A stretch of 64,000 nucleotides of DNA. Origin: Vicinamibacterales bacterium (lineage in GTDB: Bacteria > Acidobacteriota > Vicinamibacteria > Vicinamibacterales > UBA8438). Under the pieces are notes generated by a model that saw nothing but the letters and a program-made list of their open reading frames with translations, did no database searches and had not been told where the DNA came from. Of this stretch, positions 17,011 to 27,081 are shown piece after piece; position 1 is the stretch's first letter; each line of letters starts with the position of its first letter. The position numbers and the translations under genes were made by a program. Where the stretch lies: assembly GCA_965215105.1 (NCBI GenBank), contig OZ244051.1, positions 2,113,653-2,177,652 on the forward strand, written 5' to 3'.

Positions 17011-18489
17011 CTACCGCGCGTCCGGCTCGCGCGAGATGCCCGGAGGACTGGGCTCGGCCCCCAGCTTCCGGAGCAGCGCCGCGGTGGTGTCCGACTTGAT
17101 GAAGTTCCCGCCGGTGTGAATGCCCTCGGCGATGACCAGCGGGGTCCAGCCGCGGTGGTTCTTGGCGTTGACGTCGGCGCCCCGGTCGACCAGGAACTGC
17201 ACGATCGAGTCGGCCCGCTCGCGCCAGGCGGCGCCGTGGAGGGCGGTGTCGCCGGCCTCGTTGACGGCGTTGACGTCGGCGCCCAGCTCCACCAGCAGGT
17301 GGACCGCCTCGAGGGCCTCGGGCTCGGGCGACCGCGTGATGCCCGGCTCGTGCCCCACCCCCGCCGCCATCATGAGCGGCGTGGTGCCGTTGCGGGTGGG
17401 AATGAAGGGGTCGGCGCCGTGGTCGAGGAGCAGACGCATGACCGCGGTGTCGTTCGCGCGCGCCGCGATCAGGAAAGGCGTCCCCTCGGTGAGGTTGCCC
17501 AGGTGGCCCTTCACCTTGATGCCGAAGCCGGGGGTGCCGTTCGTGCGGGCGTCGGGGTCGGCCCCGTGGTCGAGCAGGGCCCGGACCGTGCGCAGCCGGT
17601 CGGGGGCGTGCATGCCGCCGAAGATGCTCCACTGGTTGCCCTCGGCCACCCCGTTCGAGAGGTCGTTCAGCTCGGTGTCCCACTCGCCCGCCGCCCAGTG
17701 CAGGGGGGTGTAGCCGGGGCCGACGTTCGGGTCGGCGCCACGGCTCAGCAGGAGCTCGACGTAGTCGACGTGGCCGCGAATGGTGGCGACGACGAGGGCG
17801 CTGGTCCAGTCGTTGGACACCGCGTTCACGTCCGCCCCGGCGTCGAGCAGGGCCCGGGTCACGGCCTCGTGGGCGTCACGCGCCGCGAGCAGCAGGGCGG
17901 TGTAGCCGGTGGTGGTCCGGGCGTCGACGTCGGCGCCGTGCTCGATCAGCGCCTCGACGACCTCGGTGTGCCCCTCCCAGGCCGCCCACATCAGCGCCGT
18001 CTGGCGGTGGTAGTGCTCGCTGGCGTTCACGTCGGCCCCGGCCGCCACGAGGCGGTCGACGGTGTCGCGGACGCCGCTGCGCGCGCACGTCATCAGCGCC
18101 GTCTCGCCGTTGGCCTGCGCGGCGCCGGCGTCGGCGCCGGCCGCGAGCAGGCGACCCACCATCCTCGAGCTGGCGTTCGTGCAGGCGAGGGTGAGCGGGG
18201 TCACGCCGTACTGGTCGGCGCGGTCCACGTCCGCGCCGGCCACGATGAGCAGACCGGCGATCTCCGCGTCGTCCCACTGCGCCGCCCAGTGCAGCGCGGT
18301 GACCCCGTCCGGCCGGCTTGCGTCGACCGAGGCGCCGTCAGCCAGGAGGGAACGCACGGCCGCGGTGTGCTGCTGGCGGGCCGCCTCGACGAGCGACAGG
18401 TCGTCGGCGGGTGCGGCGGCGCCGGCGAGTGGGGCCGCGACGAGCAGGCCGAGGCCGACGCCGATAACCGATCTGCTGTTGATGCGCAT
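17011..18489 (-). CDS. Secreted ankyrin-repeat protein
   Basis: Many ANK repeats are present (GVTALHWAAQWDDAEIAGLLIVAGADVD, TPLHWAAGEW, LLDHGADP and others). The signal peptide is MRINSRSVIGVGLGLLVAAPLAGAAAP. I prefer ATG 18489, which has GGAGGA 8 nt upstream, over the track's GTG at 18495. Confidence 0.9.
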   Translation of the reverse strand: MRINSRSVIGVGLGLLVAAPLAGAAAPADDLSLVEAARQQHTAAVRSLLADGASVDASRPDGVTALHWAAQWDDAEIAGLLIVAGADVDRADQYGVTPLTLACTNASSRMVGRLLAAGADAGAAQANGETALMTCARSGVRDTVDRLVAAGADVNASEHYHRQTALMWAAWEGHTEVVEALIEHGADVDARTTTGYTALLLAARDAHEAVTRALLDAGADVNAVSNDWTSALVVATIRGHVDYVELLLSRGADPNVGPGYTPLHWAAGEWDTELNDLSNGVAEGNQWSIFGGMHAPDRLRTVRALLDHGADPDARTNGTPGFGIKVKGHLGNLTEGTPFLIAARANDTAVMRLLLDHGADPFIPTRNGTTPLMMAAGVGHEPGITRSPEPEALEAVHLLVELGADVNAVNEAGDTALHGAAWRERADSIVQFLVDRGADVNAKNHRGWTPLVIAEGIHTGGNFIKSDTTAALLRKLGAEPSPPGISREPDAR

Positions 18490-18779
18490 CGTCACGTCCT
18501 CCGGCGGTTCCGCCCGACGCGCGCGTCAGCGCGGTTCTCGCCGCTCTCCGTCCTCACGCCGCTGCCCATGAATCGCCGCCCACGGCCCCGTGGCCGGCTG
18601 TCCCCCGCCACGCCGACAACCCCCGTGGAGTCGGCCAGGGCGGCTCCGATTGCCGACCGACCGCAGGACCCGACCCTTTGCCACGGCGCCGAGTCCCTCG
18701 CCCCGACGTCGTCGCCTGCGGTCCGGCGGGCCGCCCGGAAGTCCGCCCCGTCCTGCCGAACAGATTCCCGGCAGTTCCC

Positions 18780-20141
18780 CTACACGCCGGACACGATCGG
18801 CAGGTCGCCGGTCGCGTCGCCGAGCCGCTCCGCGGGGATCCCCATCTTGCCGAGGACCGTCAGGTGCATGTTGGCCAGCGGCGTCCCTTCCGCCAGCCGC
18901 ACGTGCCGACCGCCCCTGATGGTGCCGCCCCCGCCGCCGGCGAGGACGACGGGCAGGTCGAGGGGGTCGTGCGCGTTGCTGTTCCCCATGCCCGCGCCGT
19001 AGATCACCGCGGACTGATCGAGCAGCGAGCCGTCGCCGTCCTGGGTCGCCGCCATCTTCTCGAGGAAGCGCCCGAAGATCTGCATGTGGAAGGTGTTGAT
19101 CTTCGACAGCTTCGCGAGCTGCTCGGGCCGCTGCCGGTGGTGCGAGGTCGGATGGTGCGGGTCCGCGACCCCGATCTCGGGGAACGTGCGCACGCTCTTC
19201 TCGCGGCCGACGAGGAACGTCGAGACCCGGGTCAGGTCGGCCTGGAACGCGACCAGCATCAGGTCGAACATGAGGTCGGCGTACTCCTCGAAGACGGCGG
19301 GGACGCCGGCCGGCTGCACCACGTCGGGCAGCTCGCGGTCGCTCTGGCTCTCGGCGATCTGGATGCGGCGCTCGATGTCGCGCACCGAGTCGAGGTAGCC
19401 GGCGAGCTTCGAGCGGTCGCCGCGGCCGAGCTGCCGCTGCAGGTCGGTGATCTCGGCGCTGACCGAGTCGAGGATGCTGCGGTCGCGGCGCAGGGCCCGC
19501 AGCCGCGCCTCGGTCTCGGTGGTGCCGACGGCCCCGAACAGGTGCTCGAACACCGCGCGCGGGTTCGTCTCCATCGGCAGCGGCGTGTTCTTGTCGCTCC
19601 ACGCGAGGGTGGCGCTGTAGGCGCAGCCGTAGCCGTCCTCGCACTGCCCGGCGAGGTCGTTGGCCTCGAGCGACAGCTCGAGCGAGGCGAGCTGGGTGTC
19701 CTCGCGCAGGTCGCGGGCCGCGAGCTGGTCCATCGACACGCCGACCTCGAGGGTCGCGTTCGTGGTGCCCGACGCCTTCATGGCGTGCGCCCCGGTGAGG
19801 AACGCGGCCTGGCAGCGCGAGTGGTCGCCGTCACCCTCGTCCAGCCACTGCTTGGCCTCCTCGTTGGCCATGCCGCTCAGCACCAGCACCCGGTCCTGCA
19901 CCGGGGCCAGGGGGGTCAGGATGGGCGTGAGCTCGAGCTTGCCCTCCGCGGCCGGCACCCAGTAGGGCATGCTCATGCCGTTGGGCACGTACACCGCGCC
20001 GAGGCGCTTGACGGGCCGCGCCGCGGTGAGCCGCGTCGCCTGGAGGGCCGGCACCATCCCGTCGAGCAGCGGCAACGCCACGCTCGCCCCGAGTCCCCGC
20101 AACACCGTCCGTCGGGACAGACATCTCTTGGTGATGAACAT
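18780..20141 (-). CDS. DUF1552 domain protein with a Tat-type signal (453 aa)
   Basis: I trimmed the ORF to ATG 20141, which has an AGGAG upstream. The sequence MFITKRCLSRRTVLRGLGASVALPLL is a twin-arginine-like signal. The body matches the DUF1552 family (FLVGREKSVRTFPEIGV, HHPTSHH, GAGMGNSNAHD). It is paired with the upstream DUF1592-type gene, as is usual. Confidence 0.9.
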   Translation of the reverse strand: MFITKRCLSRRTVLRGLGASVALPLLDGMVPALQATRLTAARPVKRLGAVYVPNGMSMPYWVPAAEGKLELTPILTPLAPVQDRVLVLSGMANEEAKQWLDEGDGDHSRCQAAFLTGAHAMKASGTTNATLEVGVSMDQLAARDLREDTQLASLELSLEANDLAGQCEDGYGCAYSATLAWSDKNTPLPMETNPRAVFEHLFGAVGTTETEARLRALRRDRSILDSVSAEITDLQRQLGRGDRSKLAGYLDSVRDIERRIQIAESQSDRELPDVVQPAGVPAVFEEYADLMFDLMLVAFQADLTRVSTFLVGREKSVRTFPEIGVADPHHPTSHHRQRPEQLAKLSKINTFHMQIFGRFLEKMAATQDGDGSLLDQSAVIYGAGMGNSNAHDPLDLPVVLAGGGGGTIRGGRHVRLAEGTPLANMHLTVLGKMGIPAERLGDATGDLPIVSGV

Positions 20142-20373
20142 CGGATCACTCCTCATCGCATGCTTGCGACCGGCCGTCCTTCTACTTCGGTTACCGCTCT
20201 CGCACGATTCCGTCAAAGAGCCGCCCACTGTCTGAACACAACCAGCCCGAGAAACACGGAACAAGACTGCGCATGGCCACCCCTGAAACCCGGCGCATCA
20301 CGGCGCAACCACCGCCGACCCGGCCTGGCCCGCCCATCGTCGCCTTCGGCTCAGGCTGGGCGCTCAGCCGAGA

Positions 20374-20416
20374 CCTTCCAGGAATCCGCGCCGTTCTACG
20401 GCGCAGACTCCTGCTG
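20374..20416. repeat. REP-like palindromic element copy overlapping the 3' end of the DUF1592 gene
   Basis: The sequence is CCTTCCAGGAATCCGCGCCGTTCTACGGCGCAGACTCCTGCTG. The TAG of the DUF1592-type gene (20396..20398) lies in the hairpin loop, and the last residues QQESAP are encoded by the right arm. Confidence 0.7.
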
Positions 20417-22891
20417 CGCCATCCTCATCCGGAACGGCCGACTCTCCACGATGCCGAGAATCAGGGACGACCACCGGTGGTCGTCGGCCGCCGACTCGCT
20501 CAGAATCCGCCGCACCGCGGGCATGTCGTGAGCGCCGACGGCGCGGCCGAGCGCATAGGTCAGGAGCTTCTCCGTGACCGTGCGCACGAACTCGCCGCGG
20601 CGCTCGAGCAGCGCCTCGCGGAAGTCGGCGGGACCCGTGAACGCGGTGCCGTCGGGCAGCACCCCCGAGGCGTCTATCGGCGCCCCGGCGTCATCGTCGC
20701 GCCACTGGCCGATGCCGTCGAAGTTCTCGAGGGCGAAGCCCAGCGGGTCCATCCGCTGGTGGCACGAGGCGCAGGCCGGACTCTGCCGGTGCTGCTCCAT
20801 CTGCTCGCGAATGGATGCCCCTTCGCCGGCCGCCCCGGTCTCCTCGAGGGCCGGCACGTTGGGCGGCGGGGGCGGCGGGGGGGCCCCGAGAATATTGTCG
20901 AGCAGGTACTTGCCGCGGACCACCGGCGACGTCCGCGTCGCGTAGGACGTCACGGTCAGGATGCTGGCGTGGCCGAGCAGCCCGGCCCGCCGCGGGTCCG
21001 GCATCCGCACCCGCCGGAAATGCGCCCCGTAGACGTTGGGAACCCCGTAGAACCGCGCGAGCCGCTCGTTCAGGTACGTGTGGCCGGCGGTCAGCAGCTC
21101 GACGAGGGGGCGGTCGTCGCGGATCTGGTGCTCGAGGAACAGCTCGGTCTCGCGCTGGAACGCCTCGCGCAGGTTGTCGTCGAACTCGGGGTACGCGCTC
21201 GCGTCGGGGTCGATGGCCCTGAGGTTCCGGATGAACAGCCACTGCCCGCCGAAGTTCCGGGCCAGCGCCGAGGCACGCGGGTCGGCGAGCATGCGGCGCA
21301 CCTGGGCGGCGAGCACCCCGGGCTCGCGGAGGGCGCCGCGCTCCGCCGCCTCGAGCAGCTCTTCGTCGGGGATGCTGCTCCAGAGGAAGAACGACAGCCG
21401 CGACGCCAGCTCGAGGTCGCTGATGGCGTAGACGCCCCCCTCGTCGAGATCCTCGGGGTCACGCTCGACGCGGAACAGGAACTGCGGCGACACCAGCAGC
21501 CGGGCCAGTGCCTCCTGGATGCCGCGCTCGAAGCCGCCCTCGCCCCGGCCGGCGTCGTAGAACCCCATCAGCGTGTCGACGTCCGCGCCCGTGACCGGCC
21601 GCCGGTAGGCGCGCCGGGCGAGCCCGCCCAGGATCTCGCGAGCGCAGGCTGTCTCGGCCTCGGCGCTGGTGCCCGCCGGCCGACACAGGAAGATGCGCCG
21701 CCGGCTCGCGGTGTCGCCGGGGCCGGTCGGGTTGAACGGCCCCTCCAGCCGCACGTAGTCGACGTCCATGCGCGGCGCCTCGTAGGTCGAGCTGGTGTGC
21801 CGCGGCGGCAGCAGGGTGGGCGGCGGGCCCTCGGTGAGCACGCTCTTGCGGACGAAGGCGACGCCGAGCGTGTGCATGCCGGCCGGCGCCTCGAACCGCG
21901 CCTCGAGCGCCTCGTCGGCCGTGAGCTGGTAGCGCGACGTGCGGTAGATGCCCGACCCCGTGCACGCGGGGTCGTCGTCGGACGGGGTCGTGCACCGGCC
22001 GCCGATCTCCAACCGGGTGATCCGGACCCCGTCGAGGAGGACGTCGATCTCCTCGCGGGTGGCGATGGCGCGAATCTGCGAGTTGGTGAAGTTGCGCCCG
22101 AGGCGGACCTTGACGACGTACTCGCCGTCGAGCGGGAAGTAGTGGCGCACCGCGATGCCGCCGCGGGTGCCGTAGGGCAGGTCCTCGCCCATCCGCTCGT
22201 CCTGCCGCATGCCGCGCGACACGCGGAACGTCTCGACCGCCGGCCCCGCCGACGGGTCGCCGACCGCGAGCTGGCTGATGCGGCGGGCCGCGAAGAGATA
22301 CCGGCCGAGCAGGGTCGGCGATATCGAGAGGACCTCGGCGATGTTGTCGAAACCCTGGTCCGACTCGTCCGGCGGCAGCAGGGCAACCGGGTCGATCTCC
22401 AGATCGAGCAGGTCCCGCACCGCGTTGCCGTACTCGAACCGGTTCAGCCGGTGATCGGGCGGGCGGCCCGGGCTCGGATTGGCGGCGGCGGCGGCGTCGA
22501 GCTCGGCCTCGAGCCCCGAGACGAAGGCATCGAGGACCCGCGGGTCGGGGCGGCGCCGGCCCGGCGGCGGCATCGCGCCGCTGCGCAGCTTGCGGACCAC
22601 CTTCTCCCAGGTCTCGGCCCCGGCCGCGATCTGGTGGACGTCGGCGCGGTCGAGCAGCAGGCCGGCGGTGCGGGTGCGGGCGTTGTGGCAGACGACGCAG
22701 TACTCGTCGAGGAGTGCGCGGGGATCGGGGGACGGGGCCTCCGCGGCGGAGTGAACCGCGGAGCTCTCGGCCCGGGACGCTTCCGCCTGCGCCCGCTGGG
22801 CCGCTTCGGCCGGGGCAGCCATCGCGAGGGCGGCGACCGCCAGACACAGCAGGATGCACGCGCCGGAACCGAATCGCGCCGGTCGGACCAT
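20396..22891 (-). CDS. DUF1592/DUF1588/DUF1585-type (PSD1-like) protein with an N-terminal cytochrome c motif (831 aa)
   Basis: I trimmed track ORF 20396..24157 to ATG 22891, which has GGGAGG upstream. A signal peptide and a CVVCH heme motif are present. The body is typical of the family (FLWSSIPDEELL, GQWLFIRNL, TSPVVRGKYLLDNILG, CASCHQRMDPLGFALENFD). Confidence 0.9.
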   Translation of the reverse strand: MVRPARFGSGACILLCLAVAALAMAAPAEAAQRAQAEASRAESSAVHSAAEAPSPDPRALLDEYCVVCHNARTRTAGLLLDRADVHQIAAGAETWEKVVRKLRSGAMPPPGRRRPDPRVLDAFVSGLEAELDAAAAANPSPGRPPDHRLNRFEYGNAVRDLLDLEIDPVALLPPDESDQGFDNIAEVLSISPTLLGRYLFAARRISQLAVGDPSAGPAVETFRVSRGMRQDERMGEDLPYGTRGGIAVRHYFPLDGEYVVKVRLGRNFTNSQIRAIATREEIDVLLDGVRITRLEIGGRCTTPSDDDPACTGSGIYRTSRYQLTADEALEARFEAPAGMHTLGVAFVRKSVLTEGPPPTLLPPRHTSSTYEAPRMDVDYVRLEGPFNPTGPGDTASRRRIFLCRPAGTSAEAETACAREILGGLARRAYRRPVTGADVDTLMGFYDAGRGEGGFERGIQEALARLLVSPQFLFRVERDPEDLDEGGVYAISDLELASRLSFFLWSSIPDEELLEAAERGALREPGVLAAQVRRMLADPRASALARNFGGQWLFIRNLRAIDPDASAYPEFDDNLREAFQRETELFLEHQIRDDRPLVELLTAGHTYLNERLARFYGVPNVYGAHFRRVRMPDPRRAGLLGHASILTVTSYATRTSPVVRGKYLLDNILGAPPPPPPPNVPALEETGAAGEGASIREQMEQHRQSPACASCHQRMDPLGFALENFDGIGQWRDDDAGAPIDASGVLPDGTAFTGPADFREALLERRGEFVRTVTEKLLTYALGRAVGAHDMPAVRRILSESAADDHRWSSLILGIVESRPFRMRMAQQESAP

Positions 22892-23143
22892 CTCGACCTC
22901 CCGCCGGCCGCGCGCGGCGAACCGCACCCGCGCCGGGCTCGCCGGACTGCACACGACCTCGCGGCGAGTGTAGGCGGAGCGCGCCGCGGCGTCAAGGGCC
23001 CGGAGCGCCGCCACAGCCCGTCGGCGCGCCGCCATCCGTGCCGCCGCTACGGCCACCTGCCGACGGGAGCGGTTGCGCACCGCGGCGTCCTGGGCGATCA
23101 TGGGCGAATCTCGACGGCCCGACCGTGGGCAGGGAGGATTCAG

Positions 23144-24229
23144 ATGGACAATCGTCGTCTCGGACTGCCGGTCCTGTTCATGGTCATCGTGGCGGTCGGC
23201 CTGCAACCGGCCCTCGCCGGCGCTCAGGACCGAGCCGCCGGAGCCGATGAGGAACCGGCGTGGACGATGCCCCGCCTCCCCGACGGCCAGCCCGACCTGC
23301 AGGGCTTCTGGACCACCCAGACGTTCACCCCGCTCGAACGGCCGCGCCACCTGGGCGACAAGACGTTCTATACGGAGGAGGAATGGGCCGCGCTCCAGGC
23401 CCAGCTCACCGCGGAGGGGGTCGACCCGCTGGCCGGGAACGTCATCAACATCGAGGACGCCGAGGAACGGGAACGACGGCTCTACCAGGACAACCGCGAC
23501 CCCAGCTACGTCCACTACGACAACGAGCTCTGGCTGCGGACGCCGGTCCCCAAGGGGCTGTCGACCCGCCGGACCTCGCTGATCACGGACCCGCCCGACG
23601 GCCGCATTCCCGCCACCGTCCCCGAGGCCGAGGCGCGGGCGGCGGCGCGGGCCGAGGCGCGGCGGGGCGTCGACCCGTTCACCGGGCACGAGACCCGGCC
23701 GCTCTCCGAGCGCTGCATCGTGTGGCCCCACAACGGCCCCCCGATGCTGCCCCCGGCCTACAACGACATCCACCAGATTCTGCAGACGCCCGACCACATC
23801 GTCATCTTCACCGAGCTGAACAACAGCCTGCCGCGCATCATTCCGCTCGACGGGCGGCCCGCCCTGCCCGACACGATCCAGCTCATTCCGGGTGATTCCC
23901 GGGGCCGGTGGGAAGGCGACACCCTGGTCGTGGAGAGCGGCAACTTCACCGACAAGACCCGCTTCCGCGGTTCCTCGACCGCCCTGCACGTGACCGAGCG
24001 GTTCACCCGCGTCGACGCCGACACGATCCGCTACGAGTTCACCGTCGACGACCCGACCACCTGGGCGCAGCCCTGGAGCGCGGAAATCCCCATGGTCACC
24101 ACCGAGGGGCCGATGTACGAGTACGCCTGCCACGAGGGCAACCACGACATCCGGCACATCCTCGAGATCTACCGGAACCTGGAGCGGCAGGCGGCCGCGG
24201 CCGAGAAGGAGGCCGAGGCCGGAAGGTAG
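23144..24229 (+). CDS. Secreted hypothetical protein, paralog A (361 aa; conserved CHEGNHD motif)
   Basis: I trimmed track ORF 20273..24229 to ATG 23144, which has AGGGAGG upstream. A signal peptide is present. The protein is roughly two-thirds identical by eye to the product of 27082..28149 (shared blocks WTMPRLPDGQPDLQG, YVHYDN, WLRTPVPKGLSTRRTSLIT, LPPAYNDIHQI, RWEGDTLVVE, CHEGNHDIRHILEI). Confidence 0.8.
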   Translation: MDNRRLGLPVLFMVIVAVGLQPALAGAQDRAAGADEEPAWTMPRLPDGQPDLQGFWTTQTFTPLERPRHLGDKTFYTEEEWAALQAQLTAEGVDPLAGNVINIEDAEERERRLYQDNRDPSYVHYDNELWLRTPVPKGLSTRRTSLITDPPDGRIPATVPEAEARAAARAEARRGVDPFTGHETRPLSERCIVWPHNGPPMLPPAYNDIHQILQTPDHIVIFTELNNSLPRIIPLDGRPALPDTIQLIPGDSRGRWEGDTLVVESGNFTDKTRFRGSSTALHVTERFTRVDADTIRYEFTVDDPTTWAQPWSAEIPMVTTEGPMYEYACHEGNHDIRHILEIYRNLERQAAAAEKEAEAGR

Positions 24230-24290
24230 GACGCGGCCGGGAAGCCGGTCGTCCCGCGCCGCGGGCGAGCCGCGGCGGGATGGACAGAGC

Positions 24291-25076
24291 GTGACGACGC
24301 GCAGAGTGCTCGCGGCGGTGGTGGCGCTGGCCGTGCTGGCGGTCGCCGTTGCCTCGTCGGCGCAGTTCGGGTTCTTCCGCGGCTACCGCCTCTGGGGGCG
24401 GTCGGACCTGCCCTACGACGGCCGCCTCCACTTCGTGCGCCTGCGCTGGACGGGAGGCACCTACGGAACGCGGCCGGTAGGCATGGGCGTCAACTTCTGG
24501 CTGCACGAGTTCCCCGACGCCGAGGCCAACATGATGTCGGTGGTCGGCGAGTACACCGCCGCCGACGCCCGCACCGACGGCAGCCTCGCCCTCGCCCTCG
24601 ACGACCCCGAGCTGTTCAAGCACCCCATCGCCATGATGTGGGAGCCCGGGTTCTGGATCATGACCGACGCCCAGGCCGCCTCGCTGCGCGCCTACATGCT
24701 GAAGGGCGGCTTCGTCATCTTCAACGACTTCGAGACCCGGCAGTGGGAGAACTTCGAGGCCCAGCTCAGGCGGGTGCTCCCCGACGCCCAGCTCATGACC
24801 CTCGACGCCGGCCACCCCATCTTCAACGTGTTCTTCCGCATCGGCAGGATCGACACCCCCAACCCCTACAACCACCACCTCCGGGGGATGACGCCCGAGT
24901 ACTTCGGCGTCTTCGAGGACAACGACCGCAACCGCCGGCTGATGGCCGTCATCGCCTACAACACCAACCTCGGCGAGTACTGGTGGCTCGCGGGCCGCGG
25001 CCTCCTCCCCATCGAGGCCGAGAACACCGGCTTCCAGATCGGCGTCAACTTCATGCTCTACGGGCTGACCCACTGA
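24291..25076 (+). CDS. DUF4159 domain protein (261 aa)
   Basis: The ORF has a GTG start and a signal peptide. FVRLRW, HEFPDAEANM, DDPELFKHPIAMMWEPG, LRAYMLKGGFVIFNDF and GHPIF fit the DUF4159 pattern. Confidence 0.75.
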   Translation: MTTRRVLAAVVALAVLAVAVASSAQFGFFRGYRLWGRSDLPYDGRLHFVRLRWTGGTYGTRPVGMGVNFWLHEFPDAEANMMSVVGEYTAADARTDGSLALALDDPELFKHPIAMMWEPGFWIMTDAQAASLRAYMLKGGFVIFNDFETRQWENFEAQLRRVLPDAQLMTLDAGHPIFNVFFRIGRIDTPNPYNHHLRGMTPEYFGVFEDNDRNRRLMAVIAYNTNLGEYWWLAGRGLLPIEAENTGFQIGVNFMLYGLTH

Positions 25077-25287
25077 CCGCCTCGCGTTCCCTTGTCGGTC
25101 GGCCGGCAGAATCCCCAGGCGGGCAGGCCACCATCGGCCGGGTGCCGACCGCCGCCCCGACATCTCGGCCCACCGACCGCCCACCTCGGTCTTCTCCACG
25201 GCCCTCGCCGGGCGACTCTGCCAGGCTTCGTACGGATCCGGTCGAGAGTGCCGGACGTTACCGGGACCCGCGTGGAGGGCCGCTCAG

Positions 25288-25461
25288 GTGGATACAGCGA
25301 AGAACAAGATCCTGACGCTCGTGGCGATCAGCGTCGCGATCGGCGCGCTCACCGGCGTCGCAGGGCACTTCCTTGGCCTCGGCGGCGCGGTGATCGGCGG
25401 CGTAACGGGCGCCGCTTGCGGCGCAACCGGGGCGTTCCTGTTCCGCCGGCCGAGCCGGTAG
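25288..25461 (+). CDS. Possible small glycine-zipper membrane protein (57 aa, below the ORF-track threshold)
   Basis: GTG 25288 has GGAGGG 8 nt upstream. The translation is VDTAKNKILTLVAISVAIGALTGVAGHFLGLGGAVIGGVTGAACGATGAFLFRRPSR. Third codon positions are G/C-rich, as in real genes here. The prediction is unverified. Confidence 0.3.
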   Translation: MDTAKNKILTLVAISVAIGALTGVAGHFLGLGGAVIGGVTGAACGATGAFLFRRPSR

Positions 25462-25513
25462 ATTCTCGCGACGCGGGAATCGTGCGCGCCATCATGATTG
25501 CCCGGAGACGACC

Positions 25514-26989
25514 ATGGAAGCCCAGACCACGATTGCCCTCAGCGAGACCGCCCTCTTTCGCCAACAGTGCTACGTGAACGGTGCGTGGACCGACGCGCGG
25601 AGCGGCGAGGTCTTGGAGGTCGACGACCCCGCCACGGGCGAGGTCGTCGGCGCCGTCCCCGCCTTCGGCCGCGAGGAGACCCGCGCCGCCATCGAGGCCG
25701 CCGACGCGGCGTGGCCGGGGTGGCGCTCGCGCCCCGCGAAGGAGCGCGCGAAGCTGATGCGCCGGTGGTTCGAGCTGATGATGGCGCACCAGGAGGACCT
25801 CGCCGTCCTGATGACGACCGAGCAGGGCAAGCCCCTCGCCGAGTCGCGCGGCGAGATCGCCTACGCGGCGTCGTTCGTCGAGTGGTTCGCCGAGGAGGCG
25901 AAGCGCGTCTACGGCGACGTCATCGACCATCCCCTGCCGGGCCGGCGCATCGTGGTGCTGAAGCAGCCCATCGGCGTCGTCGCCTCCATCACGCCGTGGA
26001 ACTTCCCGGCCGCGATGATCACCCGCAAGTGCGCGCCGGCGCTGGCGGCGGGCTGCCCCGTCGTCATTCGCCCCGCCTCGCAGACGCCGTTCTCGGCCCT
26101 CGCCCTGGCCGAGCTCGCCGACCGCGCGGGGATGCCGCCGGGGGTGGTCAACGTCATCACCGGCCCGTCCCGGCCCATGGGGGCCGAGCTGACCTCGAAC
26201 CCGACCGTCCGCAAGCTGTCGTTCACCGGGTCCACCGAGGTGGGCAAGCTGCTCATGTCGCAGTGCGCCTCGACCGTCAAGAAGGTCAGCCTCGAGCTGG
26301 GCGGCAACGCGCCGTTCATCGTCTTCGACGACGCCGACCTCGACGCGGCGGTGACGGGGGCCATGGCCTCGAAGTACCGCAACGCGGGGCAGACCTGCGT
26401 CTGCGCCAACCGCGTGCTGGTGCAGGACGGCGTCCACGACGCGTTCGCGGCGAAGATGGCCGAGGCGGTGGCCGCGCTCAGGGTCGGCAACGGCCTGGAG
26501 GCGGGAACCCAGCAGGGCCCCCTGATCGACCTCCGGGCCGTCCAGAAGGTCGAGGAGCACATCGCCGACGCGGTCGGCAAGGGCGCCGCGGTCGCCGTCG
26601 GCGGCGGGCGGCACGCGCTCGGCGGCAGCTTCTTCCAGCCGACCCTGCTGACCGGCGTCACCCCCGCGATGGCCGTGGCCCGCGAGGAGACCTTCGGCCC
26701 GCTGGCCCCGCTGTTCCGGTTCTCGACCGAGGACGAGGCGGTCCGCATGGCCAACGACACCGAGTTCGGCCTCGCCGCCTACTTCTACAGCCGCGACATC
26801 GGCCGCATCTGGCGCGTCTCCGAGGGCCTGGAGTACGGCATCGTGGGGGTCAACGAGGGGATCATCTCGAACGAGGTGGCGCCCTTCGGCGGCGTCAAGG
26901 AGTCGGGCATCGGCCGCGAGGGCTCCAAGTACGGCATGGACGACTTCGTCGAGATCAAGTACCTCTGCCTGGGCGGCATCGACGATTGA
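25514..26989 (+). CDS. gabD: NAD(P)+-dependent succinate-semialdehyde dehydrogenase (491 aa)
   Basis: The protein shows full-length aldehyde dehydrogenase similarity with GabD-type motifs (ITPWNFPAAMITRK, ELGGNAPFIVFDDADLD, catalytic Cys in GQTCVCANR, EETFGP). Confidence 0.9.
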   Translation: MEAQTTIALSETALFRQQCYVNGAWTDARSGEVLEVDDPATGEVVGAVPAFGREETRAAIEAADAAWPGWRSRPAKERAKLMRRWFELMMAHQEDLAVLMTTEQGKPLAESRGEIAYAASFVEWFAEEAKRVYGDVIDHPLPGRRIVVLKQPIGVVASITPWNFPAAMITRKCAPALAAGCPVVIRPASQTPFSALALAELADRAGMPPGVVNVITGPSRPMGAELTSNPTVRKLSFTGSTEVGKLLMSQCASTVKKVSLELGGNAPFIVFDDADLDAAVTGAMASKYRNAGQTCVCANRVLVQDGVHDAFAAKMAEAVAALRVGNGLEAGTQQGPLIDLRAVQKVEEHIADAVGKGAAVAVGGGRHALGGSFFQPTLLTGVTPAMAVAREETFGPLAPLFRFSTEDEAVRMANDTEFGLAAYFYSRDIGRIWRVSEGLEYGIVGVNEGIISNEVAPFGGVKESGIGREGSKYGMDDFVEIKYLCLGGIDD

Positions 26990-27081
26990 CCCGCGGCAGA
27001 ATCACCCGGTCAAGACCCCTTGCCGCGCGACGCCATGCGGTTAGAATCTGCCTGATCGACAACATTCCGAGGGAGGGTCGG

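Noticed and set aside
20273-23143. The upstream 957 codons of the 1318-aa plus-strand ORF 20273..24229
   Set aside because: This part is antisense to the DUF1592-type gene and is low-complexity Arg/Gly/Pro-rich. Only the last 361 codons, from ATG 23144 with a Shine-Dalgarno sequence and a signal peptide, look like a real protein.
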